A DNA stretch of 64,000 nucleotides from Yuukianura sp. NJ FZ-2021 (GCA_046563655.1 CM102283.1:6014001-6078000), one strand, 5' to 3'. Positions 1 to 14,831 are shown, counted from the first letter of the stretch. The notes: generated by a model from the letters alone, not told the origin. Made by a program: numbers and translations.

Positions 1-909
1 TGCAAAATTGCAGAAAAATGAGCAAAGGTTATGCTTTGTTGGAGTTTAAAAAAATTGGTGGCAATTTTCCATTGTTCCAATTTGTTTCCGTCTTCCCACG
101 CGTGTCTTCTTTTAAAAGTTCGCACGGATTTCCTTACATGAAACGAAATATGACAACGAAAAACAAGTTGAAATTAAATCCGGCAAATTTAAAAAAAAAA
201 AGTAAGGCTTCAGGTTGAAGAAAAAAATATTTACATCAATTTGATTCCATTTGGTGAATCATGTAACCATTTTACATAAAAATTTTACATGAATCATCGA
301 ATACATTAAATTATTCATTGCATGCTTTTGTAAATTATTTAAACAAAACTTCGTAAAATTAAGAAACAGTATTGAATTAGTCACAAAATTTTTTTTAAAT
401 AAGCGCAGTTGTCTAAAATATTGTTTTCTTTAAATTCGTTGCAAATTTTTCTAAAATTTAGCTTTTCAAGTTAAATAGCTTCCAAATTGAATTTGCACAA
501 GTACTATATTATTCTCACATATTTTAGTGAAGGTAGTGTTAATTAATTTTTGTAATTAGCCATTTACAACGCAAACGTTTCCGTTGAAGGACACTTTGGT
601 TTCTCACCAGAGAAGTTTAATCGCGTGGGAACATTTAAATGTGTACGTCAACCGCCAGAATCTGCTTTTCTACTCCTGAAAATGTTTCAATTCCCTTAGT
701 TTGCACTTTAAAATAAATCCTAATCTGAAGCTGAAAAATGGAATTTAAACCTTTTCCCATCGTTTACTCAAAATAACAAGACTTGATGAAGACATTGCCT
801 ATTTACGACTCCATAAATCAGACAGATTCACAAGCCTACTTAGTAACTAAAGATAATTTTGATAACTTTGAAACTGGAATTCTGAGCATCTTTTGTATTT
901 GAATTGCAG

Positions 910-2840
910 GAAGTGGGAAGGGGGATGACGATGACGATGAGAGTGAAGGGGGTGGATCATCCCCGCGGGGTCAATCGGGTCATCACCCGGGTAACAACAC
1001 TTCGCCCAACCACCACCACCAATCAGGGCTCAGCAAGAAACAGCGCAAAGCCAGAACTGCATTCACTGACCACCAACTTCAGACGCTCGAAAAGTCATTT
1101 GAACGCCAAAAGTACCTCTCAGTTCAAGATAGGTCAGCAGAAAATTTTGAAAAATTTTCAAGTCATTTGTTTTTGGATTTTGATTTTTCAGGAAATTAGA
1201 AAGTTCATCTTCAATTTCATGAAAAAAAAATTGTTGAATTTGTTTTTTTTTTCTTGAATTTTAAGAACTCCAACATTGTTTTGGATTTTGTTCCAAATTA
1301 TGCGAGAGATAAAGCGAGAGTGTTTGAATTTTTAAATTTTGGGCGATTTGAATTTGGCGAATTATTTGTGTTGAAAAGGGAAGTTAATGCATATGGTGAA
1401 AATGGCGTGAAATCCAGCGTTTTCCAGTAAATTTTAGGTTAGGTTTCCAGGAACTATTAGCGTAAGTAATTAACCTTTGGCTTTTGATTACTACAGAATG
1501 GAGTTGGCGGCAAAACTGAATTTAACTGACACCCAAGTTAAGACTTGGTATCAAAACCGGCGGTAAGCACACAAAAATTTGAAATCTCCTTAATTACTTG
1601 TAATTAACCCATTCCACACACAATCTTAGCCACAATTACGTTGGTAAAGTAATTACAGCCCTCGCACCTTCTCATTTGTGCCAAATTCAAAACGTTAAGG
1701 ATGGAAATTTTTTGAAAATTATTCTTAATTATTTTGAGCATAGCCCAATTTCGTGTTTATCTCGAAGCGGGAAATTTGATTCTAATGGTTTCGTAATGGG
1801 GGTTTACCGTGTATGTGACAATTTTTCTCACCACCAGAGGACTCTATGCTCTTCAACTCCACAAAGATCGCATGCAAAGGAGTAATTGTTTAGTTAATTA
1901 ACCCATTACAAAGTGGAGGGACGTTGGGACATGAGTTTTTGCCCCACCATTGCATGTTAAAAGTTCCCGGGAAACAATGAAACGGAAACAATTTCTCTCT
2001 TACTTTTACACATAACATAGGTTTTACAAAAACGTAATTAGAGGAATGCTCAACAAAACACTTTGTTTTCCCGAAAAGACTTCGTTTATGTACATGTCTC
2101 ACCTAACATTGATTTTTATGACACAAACATAACAATAGGTCTAAGCAATTTCCACCTCCTCCTGGTAGATGAACTCAATTTTCAAAAAAGTAGCGCCATA
2201 AAAGTCCTTTTGTTTCAACGTTTTATGACCCACTGGGCTCCACCTCCTTTACACGATTTGTTTTTTTAACACGATTTTTCATGTGTTTTGAACGTTTTTA
2301 GAACAAAATGGAAAAGACAAACGGCGGTAGGACTTGAACTTTTAGCGGAAGCTGGCAACTACGCAGCTCTTCAAAGAATTTACTCTTCTGCGCCGACGCC
2401 GTCGTCGTTTCCACCGTGGGCTGCGTCGTTTGATGCAGCAGCTCGTCAAGCAGCAGCGGCCGCTGCAATCCCAAAACCAATGCCCTACAGGTATGAGCAA
2501 CCATGGTAGGTCTACAAACAATTTTTGCAAATGCGCGTATGAATACTGCAAATTAAGCATTGCGCAGACGCAGACGACTGATCATGTGATTTGGATTTGA
2601 ATTTTTAGGCTCTACCCGTCACCTTTTCCGTCACCCGCAGTTGCCATGGCAGCAGCCCTCGCAGCTCAACAGCCCATGCTCCCAGCGTCGTCGTCACTCC
2701 AGAGTCTGTCAGCCTTCTACAATTGCCACGGTGGGGGCGGGGGTGGAGGGAGAGAGTCCCACCCACCCAGCAGCTCAAGTCCCACCAATAGTCACTCCCC
2801 TACGACGAACCACCACGATGACCTTGACGACAACCCCTAA
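910..2840 (+). CDS. BarH: BarH-class (BARHL/B-H1-like) homeobox transcription factor, 5'-partial; exons 910-1132, 1497-1562, 2302-2490, 2609-2840
   Basis: Spliced translation gives [81 protein letters not shown] and the [10 protein letters not shown] extension are diagnostic of BarH. GT-AG introns are phase-consistent; AATAAA at 3089. First exon not seen. Confidence 0.95.
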
Positions 2841-5800
2841 ACCACCCCTTACCTAACCTAACGTTAACATTCCATCACCCTCCTCCGCGTTAATGTTGAC
2901 CTTTGACCTTTTCTGTTGTGACCTCCCCAATGTAAAGAACCTCCATCGAAACTTCCCACCAAAACTGGAGCCAAAGTATTTTCCGTTTGTTGTGCCATTA
3001 GCTTTACATCATCTCCAAAAATCGCTGAAACTCCAACAACGTGTTTTTCTCTTCTCGTAGTTTTTAGATTGACAATCTTAAATATCAAAATAAAAGTAAC
3101 CAAAATCGTTTAACATTTTGAGTTTTCAAAAAAAAGAGTTTTTAAGTTTTGAGTTTTTTTGAAATCATTTGTTGAATGTAGCTTGACAAAGGAGGAATGA
3201 TGTTGTTTAGTCAATTGTTTTCGAAGAGGGTGAGAATGAGTACTTCAAATGATGGGAAAGTGCCAAGAGGCACTCGGAAGACTACTGGAAAGTGATCGTT
3301 GTGTCTGATGAAGTTTGTTACAGTACAAAAAAAAATCTTTTCGAAAAAAGCGCCCTTTGTATTCATTACATTCACATTAGGCAGGTCTATTCTTCACAAA
3401 TTATCAGTCACACACAAAAACATAATGAAACAGAAGGTGCTCTACCATGAATTTTCTTTTGTTTTCAAACTTAAAGTCTCCGCCCAGTTGATACTCCATC
3501 GATCAATCTGGCGCCAAACTCAAAAAAAGTTCAAAAAATTCAAAATTCCAAACGATTTCCAAACTTCATCTCTAATCATCACTATAATTTTACTTTTTTC
3601 AAAAATTTAGGAAAACATAAGAATGTTTAATTCATTTCTATTTCTACTTTTCTTCATTTTTGCATTTTGACTTTCTGATATTTTAAAAAATCGGCGGCCG
3701 AAAATTGTTGTTTTTTCGGTTTAACTCCTGAAGTTGTGTTCTAGTTTTGTAAATTTATGAAAAGTTAGGCTTGAAATTGACTAAGTTGATGAAAAAACTG
3801 AAAAGCGGCGAAGCATTAAAAATTCTCACGCTCTACCTTTAGACTATGAAGATTGGTAGGGGGTTTGAAGGAGACAAATGAAATGAGGTCAAAGGGCAAG
3901 TCGCTACTTAGAAGAACAGAAGAGCAGCGTTTTCGTCTGGAGAACTTTTCCATTGTACTTCTACCTTAATTTCATGCTTCCTTAATGGAGAAAAATGAAA
4001 AACTTAAAAAAAACTTTTTAAAGAAAATTTTGGAGTAAAAAAAGAATTAAAGTTGTAAGAGGATGTGGAAGGGCAATTATGAGGATTTTGTGTTAAACCA
4101 AATTTCCAATTTGTCTCGCGTGGACTCCGTTTTTACAAAAGAGCTCCATGTACAGTCTGACTCAAAAGTTAATAGAGAAAAAAAATAATAATTTGGACAA
4201 CAACAATCACCTTCAGAAGAAATGAAAAAAGGAACAAAGAATAAGTTAACAATGGGAGCTCCCTCAACAATGGACTTAGGAGGATATAAGTTCCTAATGA
4301 AACAAATTAGCCACGATAAATTGAGTCTAATTCCTAATTTAAACTTCCCTCCCTCCCTCCACGCCTTAGTACCTGCATAGCTACACATTTTAAATGTGGC
4401 GGGAATTATGAATTAATGATCACTACCAAGTCAAATGACCTGGAACAACATGCATTAAAACTTGGTCATTACCGATCCGATCCGCATGACTTTCGTTTTT
4501 ACTCAAATTTTAAAATTTTAATACGCCTTTCATATTTTCATGACTTTTTTCTCTTTGCATTGTTCCACTTCCTACTCTGTTGGAAATTATAGAAAAAAAT
4601 TAAACTGAAATTGAAAATTACCAAGTTTCAGATTTCTAGAATTTTTTAAATAAAATGAGGTGTGAAAGGGATCCACTTTTGAAATTGGGTTGAAAATGTT
4701 AAGTGTTAGGTGAGAGATTGATGAATTTACAGACATGATTGGGATTTTGAGTTTTTTTTAATTTTGGAGAAGGAAAGTAGCGACAGGTGAAGAAAGGTGT
4801 GTTGCGGCAGGGAAACAAGGTTAAACGAAAGTGTTGTTCAAAAGTTGCATTGTCCATTGTTACAATCTGATGCAGAGGGAGTTCAAAAAATGAGAAAAAA
4901 GCGTCGAAGGGCCCCTGGAGAGCCCTTCACTTTTAAAAGGCAGCGGAAGAGCCCTTCAAAAACATTTGACTAAAAAGTTGTAGAGATAAACATAACAAAG
5001 TCATACAAAATTAAAATCTTTTAGTGCTGATATACGCAAAACACAAACGGATAGTTAGGCGTTGGCGAATTAGTTTTCTGAAAATACTTTTCAAAATTTG
5101 TTTGATACACAAGTTGCGAATTTAATTGAATTGGAGTTAGGCGGAGCCAATTGAGCTGCATTAATTCGATATGAACTTTTTAATTATCCTGCATGAACGT
5201 GTTTTGGCAACAAACTTTTTTTTGTGTCTGCTTCAGTCCAACTCCAATTGTTGTTTTGTACGTGTTGTTTTGATCATTTTGAAGATTTCAAACAAAGATT
5301 AGAAAAGAGTTAAAGGGAGAACTTAAATAAGCCCAGTGCTAAATGATGAACAGGGAAAATGAAAAAGGGAGTCAGAACACGTTAATTTCAGCCGGAAATC
5401 CATTTTTATACTCTGCTAATAGAGCGCATCTTCACTCTTTCAAGGTCTCCCGCCCTCTCTAATGTCAGTTTTCGGCCAAAAGTTGGTAATATATATGTAA
5501 TTATTATATGTATATATAAAATATGTAATTGCAAAAGTGTAGTCTAAGCGGCACCAAAACTTGAACAATTAGAATTAGGTACGGAGGCCCACAAACGATT
5601 CGTTTTTACAAGAATTCTCTGAACACGGAATTCAAACAGAACACAAAAAGGCGGCAAACTTATTCTGATGGTTTTTGTATTTTAAACTCCTACCGGGCAT
5701 CCCCACAGTTTCCTGTAATTGAATCCATGATTTATATATGTAAGTACGTTCCGTTCCTCATAAAAATTATGAACTTTGTTTAAACTTTTTGAAAAACTTA

Positions 5801-7479
5801 TTTTAACTTTCAGCTTTGCCTTTTTGTTCTAAACAGACCAACAATTTTGTTTAGAAAACCGACTTCTTTGAGTAAACATAACCTATAAAAATCCTAAAAC
5901 TAAATTTTAAAATATTACTTTTTGCACAATTCCAAATGCAAACTATACTAAAATGATAACCTGTTATGCTAAATGGCCAATTCCAAAGTTGCCTAATTTT
6001 TATATACAATCTTACACTAAACTTTTTTTTTATAGTTTTGTGCAACGGTAAATCAATATAACGCTGAAGTGACACTTTGTGTCAAAATGTTGCATTTTTC
6101 TCGAAATGAAAACACTTTTGGCGAAAAAAGTTAACTAAACGACGACAATTATGTAACAGAAGAAGATTCAAGGCCCAGGTCAGGATGTACTAAAAAGTAA
6201 ACCACTGATTACCTCAGTTGCCAAAGCGTATAATTGCTTCTGACTCTTTTTGTTTCACTTTTGCATGACTTTTAAAGAAGCTTCTTTTTTTGCTTATTAC
6301 AACAACGTCCACGTCCATTCATTTATTTGCCAATTGGCTAATTTGCTCCTTGCCAAAAAACGAGAGGCAGCCAAGCGTTAAAAGATATAATTTCAGAAAA
6401 ATATTTCCTCTCTCTCTCTACAGAATTTTACAATTTCTCGTTACTTTTTGCTAAGAAATTTTTTTTGCACACACAAAACACAAAATATCTGAAACCAAAA
6501 TCATTTTCTGCACAGAAACTGTTTCATATTTCTGCACAAAAACCTTTCTTCCTCACAACCTCACAGTGTACAAAGTAATTTTCGCAGATTTTATGACTCT
6601 CTACGTCCATTTGCTTCCGAAGATCACTTCATCTTTCATCTCTCATGAACTTGATTCTCTCATATGAAGACGTTTGAGTTAGAGCCTGTGCTGATCTCTA
6701 TCTCACTTCCGAACTTCACCAAGTTTTAACTGCATAATGCTTTGTTTAAAAAAAAGGAACTTAACAATCCTATTTTTCGCAGCTTAATTTTCTATTCTTA
6801 TGAACAAAAAAAGTTTATGATTTTGAAAAAAAGAATTGAGGTTGTTAATTCCTGGCAGTTTAATAGAGGAAACTAGTAATTTCCGCCCAATCCCAATTCA
6901 TTTAAACTCTGCCATTTAATTTCTTCGCTTTCAATTAGCAATTCTGTTCTTCTTTTTCCTTCAATGTCCAAGAGGGAGTTGAACTCATGCGCAGTCAACC
7001 GAACAGCAGTTAACCTGTTATATGGAATCTTCAAAAGATCTCAACAGTCGATGGCTAAACCAGTTTAACCAGGTTCGAATTTCAAAAAATTCAACTTACA
7101 AATTCTGAAAAGTCACACAACGACTATCTGCAGCCTTGAATTAATCAATTGTCTCTTGCGCATGTCTTCAAAAATTGGAACAAATCGACACTGAAGTGAA
7201 CATAAAATTTAAAAAAAATCCGTGTGAAGAATTTCAAAATATTTTCTGTGCATATTTTCACTAATACATAAATTTGGCGTGGCTTTTGACCTTGAGCATA
7301 GAAAACTTCAAAGATAAAAACTATAACAATTTGAACAAAAAAAAAATCCAAAAAAAAAAAAACTGTCAGTAATTTTGCCTTGAATTTCAAACTAGCTAAG
7401 AAAATGTTCCTCATTTCAGGTTTTTATTTGCTTAATGAGGCGATTTACAGATTCGCTTATACGCAATTTCCCATTAGAG

Positions 7480-7794
7480 TTCAGGTGCATCTCCTGAGTG
7501 ATTGGTTAGGCGCTCAAAAAACTACGACCACACTTTTCGTACTAGCATACGCTGCTCCACATATCGAACATTTGCAATCGGACGAAAACAGGACCCTTCG
7601 TCCAGAAAACATAGGTTTTCTGGAAGACGTTTGAGAAATCCTCGGATTTTTGCCTTTTTTTGCTCCGCATGGCAAAACGGTCGAAGATTCGTCAAATAGG
7701 AGATGTTCAAGATGTGGAGCAGCGTTAGCTAATACGAAAAGTGTGGTCGTAGTTTTCTGAGGCTCCTACCAATCAGTCAGGAAATGCACCTGAA
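7480..7794. mobile_element. Foldback/MITE-like element with ~110 bp imperfect terminal inverted repeats
   Basis: TTCAGGTGCAT...AAAACTACGACCACACTTTTCGTA...CGCTGCTCCACAT pairs with ATGTGGAGCAGCG...TACGAAAAGTGTGGTCGTAGTTTT...ATGCACCTGAA. No clear TSD. Confidence 0.75.
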
Positions 7795-10700
7795 GATTGG
7801 GTCAGAGTTCACGAATTTTGTGTTTACAATTTACAATTTCGTATTACGTCACCAAGAGTTGGGGCAACCTGAGAATTGAGGCTAAGAAATAGCTCACTCA
7901 CCGACTTCATCCTACAGTTTTAGAAAACCCGCAAATGGTTCTCAGATTTGAAATTTAACTCGGTGATTCGCGAGTTAGCTTGAGTTGTGCAAAATTTCAA
8001 TGGTAAAGAATCCACCCGTTGGGGTTTTTCGTGATTACGTAGTTGTAAATTCTCAGTTCTCAGTCGTTGCCATGTCGACAAAACATTCTTTGACGTTAGT
8101 TTTATTGACCTGATGCCTCTCCTTAACCTTTTAAATGCTGATCTTGAGATTTTTTCGTCCGTCCATTCTGATTCCCACGCTCATAATGTTTTTGTGTTAA
8201 TATAATTTGGTGTGATTTTTCTAAAAAGAATTTGTGGTAAAAACGACGTTTTCCTACGGAGATCAAATTAAGATTTCTCAGCATAATCTTTAAAACTAAC
8301 TTTAAAAGAAACAAAAGAAGCAGCCAATTGGAATAAGTTTGTAATTCAAAACCTTTTAAACTAAACTTAAAACTTTGAAACCTTTTTGCGGTCAACTCTT
8401 TTGCTTCAGTTGTGACAAACTGGAAGATTGAAAACGGTTGTGAAGTGTCGCCTAACATGACTGTACGTTTACATTAGTCGTCGATCGTGTTGGAAGTGGT
8501 TGGAGCAGTAGTAAAAGCTTAGGTTGTTGGTTAAGGATACAATCCTAATGAGTTGTTACACGCGAGTCAAATTAATGGGAAAATCTTGTCTCTGGCCAAA
8601 GGTCAAGTCACCTCCCTTCCAGAAGAAGCTTAGAGTCACTTGGATAAATCCGTAAGTAAAAAAACGTGTCTCGGGGTTTCGAATCCCACTACAATCAACC
8701 GACAATCCATCTCAATCCACCCTCCACTTCCCAAATTCAATGCCTTCTTTCCTTCACAATGACTCTGTTCATACTTTTCAAAAAGATTTCAAAGTTTCGC
8801 GCCGTTCAGAGCGTCATGAGTGGCGTCGTGCTCTAATTTAGATACGCTTGTTTCTCCAAACGATTTTTGACGCCTCTGCACCGCCGCTGCACCCGATTAG
8901 AGCGGCATTCCTTTGGAATAATTAGGATTAAAAACTTCCACATTCCTTCTAAAGAATTAAAAGCTGAACATACAATTTTTTGTTCAAAATTTTCAAAAAA
9001 GAAAAAAAAATCAAAAATCTACATTAAAAAATTCTTCTTACTCCAATTCGATAAGTGTTGAAGTGTGAAAGTTCAAAATGCTCGTCACAAATTGGTGTTG
9101 TGTGAACTTGGGTGTTGGCAGATTAATCTAGAATGAAATTTTTTGATTTTTTTTTGTACTTTTTAGAGGAAATGTCAGTCGAAGTGGAAATTGTTTCAAT
9201 TTTCAAAGTAAAAAGTTAATTGTTGGTAGTTAACTAGCACAAATCGACGGAAACGGAAGTGAAGGTCAAACAAAAGGGGTTTGAATAATAGGAATTAAAT
9301 GTGGACATTGGAAACAATGGAATTGAAACACAGTGCTCAAGACTGACGTGCTTTAAATTAATTTTCACAAAGGCCTTCCTATTCAATTGATTATAAAAAT
9401 GTCATTTTTTATTATTCACTTTTCATAACACAATTGAACAGATGACACACGAGGACATATGGACGCTCAACACAAATTGGATCACAGCATCACGCGGGAT
9501 GATGGGGAAAAAGCGGGAGAAGTAAAAACATATTTCTTTTTTCAGCATTCTCGTTCCAATGAGCTATCCATTTGAAATTACTTTTCTAATGCAATTTTGA
9601 AATTAGAATTTCAAAAAAAAAATTAGCCAATGCAAAATTTTGCAACTCACATAAACGCCTTCAGAAACCTTAATTTGAATCAATTATACTTTTCCAAAAA
9701 AAAATTTGTTTGCTCAAAACGAATTCGTTTTTAAAAATTTCAAGGCATTGCTTGAATATGCGCAGTAAATTTTTCAATTTGAGTTGTTTTTGTTCCCACA
9801 TAAAACTTTTATGACTCCTAGTAAAACAAAGCAATTTGGAAGGAATCGGGTGCATTTTTTGATTATTTTTTGGTAAAAAATGTAAATTAATTGCTCAGTC
9901 TTGACAAAAAATGAGAAAATTATGAGAATTTTGAACGCATTCTTGAATTTAAAAATTTACAGGCTCCTGTAAATTAATCCTGTTCATTAATTAATTCTGG
10001 AAAAAGAGGCGGAATGTCGTTTTTCCTCATGAATCTTCTCAAGTAGTACTAAAAGTTAATTTGGTGCTAAATTTTGAGGAGGAAGAAATACAAAATTATA
10101 TGGCGTGAATTTTGATTTTTGCGTAGAGACCAAAGACCTGGATGGACATGAGTAAATTGGGAAGTGGCCCTTGGAGTCGTGATTGATGAAGATTAGGCTC
10201 TCAATTGATGGGAGTGTAATTCAAGTTCACGTTGTGCACAAGGTTATATCCATCTTTTAATTAGTCACGAGTCACTGCCTTCCATCTTCTTCCCAAACTG
10301 TTCTTAATTACTCACCTGTAATTAACACTAACTTCAAAGTCCAATGGCCACTGCACACAAAGCCATATCTCTCCTTCTGATGAGATCCGAACTTTGATTG
10401 GTCTCTTTAGTTTCGCACATTTCTTTTAGTCGAAAACAATTAAATTATGTAAAACACAATTAAAACTAAACTTAAAAAACATTCAGCCCACGTTCCCAAA
10501 AAGAAAAGTTTAAGCTGGCTTTGTCTTTGCAGAATTTAAAAAACGAAGAAAAAAGAAGAAAAAATTAGAAAAAATTACGTAGTGACATAAAGCTTATGTC
10601 ATTTACTTTGCATCGGTCTGTCTGTGTGGTCAACGGCAATTATTGTGAAAACAAAGTTTTTAATTAAAAGTTAAAAAAATTTTGAATTTCTGTTTTTGTG

Positions 10701-12656
10701 AAACGAAATTCTACCTTAGATAGTTTCCCACTGCTGAGAGATGGATTTGTATTGTTTGAATAATTCTTTGGAATTGTCGGAGGTGGTAGAGGAGCCCTTA
10801 AGTGTTGAATTAATGAAACTGAAATAGAGAACGGCGCACCGTGGACCGTGGCCCAACGGTGGTCTTAATTATAATTTACAATTCAAGGGCTCCAGAATCA
10901 GCGTGCAACAATTATAAAGGTCTGTTTCAGAAATTCAAGCACAGTGCGGGGTAATATCCCTTCAGTATGGTTCCAAAAGTTATGATTTCAAGTTACTCGA
11001 AAAAACTTAATCCACCAGAGGAGCCGTTGGATTTATTTGAGTGGAATTGAAATTGAATCCAAGGGCTCTCTTGCTGCTTTCGGCTCCCTTCAAAGTGTTG
11101 TTCTGAACAGGTTTGTTTTAAAAATGTGATCATCTAATTAGATGCAGTGGAACCACAGGTAGGCTGATTACAGAAACAAAAAGGACGAAGGGAGGAGGTC
11201 AAAGGTCACCCCTCCGTTAAAAGTATACCCACTAACTCTCTCCTGTCACCTTGATTGCAGAATCTCATAAATTTGTTACTTCTGGCCGCCAGTTCAACAT
11301 GCGATGCCCTTAAGGTTCTAAAATTTTGGAATTTTGAATTTCGAATCATTTTAAATGCTTTCTAGAAAGAGTTATTATTTCGTTTTGTCCGCTTCATTTT
11401 GATAAAAGAGACGCTGGAGAGTGGAGGGGGGGGGGGGACTGCGTCGATTTCCGTAGTAGTTGAAGTGGAATAAGGTCCCCCTAACACAAACCTAACCTGA
11501 AAGGGGTACTTAATGAAGCGGAGACAGTGAATTTTTAGTGGATTCAAAGGGGGACTTGAAGGGGCAATTACATGGAGAAGTGAGGCGTGAAAAAAAGAAG
11601 CGAGAGGGCCGTTCCGTTCCAACCCACAAGAGGAACGAAGGAGGCGGAAATTGATTGATGACTGCGATGACATTTTCATTAATTTCAAATACTACTTCAT
11701 CACCACCACTCCATTAATGTCACCCATGTCCAAAATGTGACCTTTTGGACTCATTGGAGTTAGGTCACCTAGGCTAACTTATCATTCTGGAACACAGAAA
11801 GTCCAATCAGCAACTCTTTTGGTCAATCACAATCTCATTAACACCTTCGCTCCACTGGCCAATTGTCCAATCAACGACGATTGGGCGCCGCCACAGAAAA
11901 TTCCAGATCTTGATTGATTAAACTCGTGATGAGAAAATTTTTAGAAACAAAAGCTGAAAAAAATTCGAAGCAAAAAGCCGGCACTGCTTTTTCTCTCCCT
12001 CCCAGTTAATTTTCAAAAATTCTTCAAATTTTGAATTAGAATTTTGAAAAAAAATGTATCGATTATATCCGACATTTTGTGCCATGCTCAGAAGTTAAAA
12101 AGTTAATTCCTGACGGAACAGTTTCTTTTGAAGTGTCAATCACAATTAACACCCTAAACTTCTGACAGCTCTAAAAATCTTAGCTTAAGTCTCTCATATC
12201 AATTTCCTTTGAAGCTTTTTTCTGAGTGATCGCTGAACTTTTAAATCTTTTAAGATTTAAAAAAGAGATTTTCAAAAAGTGTCATTTAAAAAATCGGAAA
12301 AGCGGATTGGACAAAAAGGATTTTGAAATTAAAAAATCCATCGTCCTGGAAGTAGTCGGATCTCCTTCCACAATGGGATTGTAGCTTGCTGCTCAAATTC
12401 CACTTACCACGGAGGACCTTATAAGCAGAGCTGCACTCTTCGGACGCTTTTCAAAAAAGTCACTTTCGAAAAGTTACTTTTCAAAAAGTTAATCTTTGAA
12501 ATCTGCCTTTTGTGCTGCTCCCCTAAGCCCATCATCACAAAATCCAAACACACTCTTCGCCATCATCATCAAATCATCACCCTTTCAAATAAAATTTGAA
12601 ATTTTTTTTTGAGTTGTGAGGTCAAATTTTCACGGGTTCTGCGAACAATTTTATTT

Positions 12657-13117
12657 TCACGGTTTTGAACTTTGACCTTGGTCACTTCCAACGGCCTTCA
12701 CTTGGACTTGCGCAACTCTCGGTTCACCGCGCCCTTCAAAGTCATCGTCGTCGTCATCTTCAGGATCCTCCGTGACCTCGTGCAGGTTTTCCGGTCTCTC
12801 CCAAACGACACGGCGCAGGCGCTCATCTTGTGCGTTTCCACGTACTTCTCCAGATAAATACAAAAACCAGTAGAGTAGAAAACATCCAAAAAGTAAAAAA
12901 ATGACTCCAACGACGCCTAGGAAAATCCAAAAGTGGAGCTGGCCATTAGCTCCTCCATAAGAACTGGACACCGCAGGTCTGTAATTTGCACGGTGTTCTA
13001 GCTCACTCTCATTTTTAAACTTGGCGCTGAAATTAAAAAAAGAACAATTTAAAAAAATTCGGATAGACATGAAATGATTTTTCAATTGAGTAATTTTTTG
13101 CAGTAGGCTTACATCAT
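12657..13117 (-). CDS. Orphan single-pass membrane protein, ~124 aa; exons 13117-13113, 13026-12657
   Basis: AACC-ATG-AT|gtaag donor joins ttttttaatttcag|C acceptor in frame: MIAKFKNESELEHR..., hydrophobic FWIFLGVVGVIFLLFGCFLLYWFLYL, acidic tail EDPEDDDDDD. GC-richer than flanks. Confidence 0.6.
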
Positions 13118-14831
13118 GGTTCAATTTAGCATTTTGCAGCATCCTGGACGATTGGTGCTGATGAATTTTGAAATTTTGAAAACCTAAACTTGAAAATGTT
13201 GATTGAGGAAGTTGTTGTTGAAAAGGTTAACCAGAGGAGGTAAATAGCAACTTTTGTTGTCATGGAAACCAAGCATGCCCCATGAAAAAATGAAAAAGAA
13301 GGAAGTTTCGATGTGTCGTTTGAATTGCGGCACTTTTCTTGCTCTTTTTGGATTGTTTGAAGCTATTTGAACGGGGAGGGGAGAAAAGAGAGACTTCCAT
13401 AAAAGTTTTATTTGGAGCCGGAAATCGAGGTCGTTTGGAAATTGAGTTTGTGTAGGGCAATGGATCGGAACTGTTTGTATGTTTTATTTTCTCGGATTTT
13501 CACCATTGTAACCAAACCGTTTCGGAATGGAGCAGACATTTCACAGATTCATTCAAATCCCATGCCCTTTCCTGGGTATGGAGAAAGTTTTCTGAAATTT
13601 CATACGAAACGTCCACTCTTGACTCCTCGGATCTGCCAATCACTACTGAAAAATTTCGGCGTAAACGTAAGTTTGCATAAAGTATCTCAATTTATTTGAA
13701 TTTTGTTACATTAAGTTGAGTTTTTCCTCCAATTTTGAAATTTCTGAAAAAAAAACTAAGAATTTAGAAATTTCTAAATCCCCGGGCGGGTGACTTCCCG
13801 GGTGGACTTGGGTAACCCTGGGCGGGAGAAAGAAGTGGTTATGTTTGTGTCGTTTGTGGATGGTAATGGAGGGATGAATTTGGTGAAAGTGGAAATGGAG
13901 GGGAGTACTTAAGGGCTACTAGGGCTTCTCATTGTCATAATCCAGGAAAAGTGGAGTCCATTTCCAGGGAAAAAGGAGATATATTTTTCCCCTTTTAAGT
14001 TAAGCATTATTTCACTTATTTCTCCGCTTTCAAAAGAATCCTAATTGGGTTTCGGACTACTGAGCAAACGAAGTCTCCCCAACAAACTCCGGAAGTCCTT
14101 AACTTAATTTATGATTATGGACCTCAACTAATACGCCACTTTCACTTCCACTTTCAGACTCACCAGGATTCTGGAAGAGACTTCCATCGTCAGTATCATC
14201 TCCAACACACAATTCCCCGCCTTAAAAACTGGAGAAAGTTTGAGGAAAACGGCCATTCATAAATCTTCATTTCCGCCTCACTAAAAGTTTAAGCCCACAA
14301 TGGAAAATGGAAAAGACTTTTTTAAAAAAGAGAAAAAAAGGTTAGAAGAAGAGCCCAGCTTTCTACTTTTCTAATAAATTTATTACCCATCAGCATTTCC
14401 TTCTCAAATTTCTCACAACGCCAACAAAAATCTACATCTATCCCTAACCTAACATTATTAAAAAGTTTTCTTTTTTTCCAAAGTTTCAAAAAAGTTTATA
14501 ACTTCGATTTTTTTTCATTTTCTCTCTAAAGTTTGGAAGGTTTGTGGTAAAAACTAAAGTGAAAACTCTGTCAAATTTTGAAATTCTCCGCACAAGTTGC
14601 GAAGCAACGCCAAAATGAGAGTTTTCTTTTTAAACAACTGTTAAATTTTTTAGTTTCTTAGGGCAGTGATTGTGAGATTTGTTTTTTAAAACTATGGGGC
14701 AGTGTATTTCCTAAAATCTAAAGACTGACGAGTGGGTGTTTGTGATTGGTTGGTTTCGCCAGTAGTCGATTGTCATTGGCTGGCTGCAAATTGTACTTCT
14801 AACTTTTGCTAAAAACTAGTTTTTAGTTTGT

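Noticed and set aside
904..1257. 117-aa ORF from the track
   Set aside because: Alternate frame of the BarH homeobox exon running into the intron.
3240..3312. Possible C/D-box snoRNA (ATGATG...CTGA)
   Set aside because: Imperfect box C, no terminal stem and no recognisable guide.
3299..11688. Many short Phe/Lys/Ile-rich ORFs
   Set aside because: Composition reflects A/T runs; no domains or coherent exon structure.
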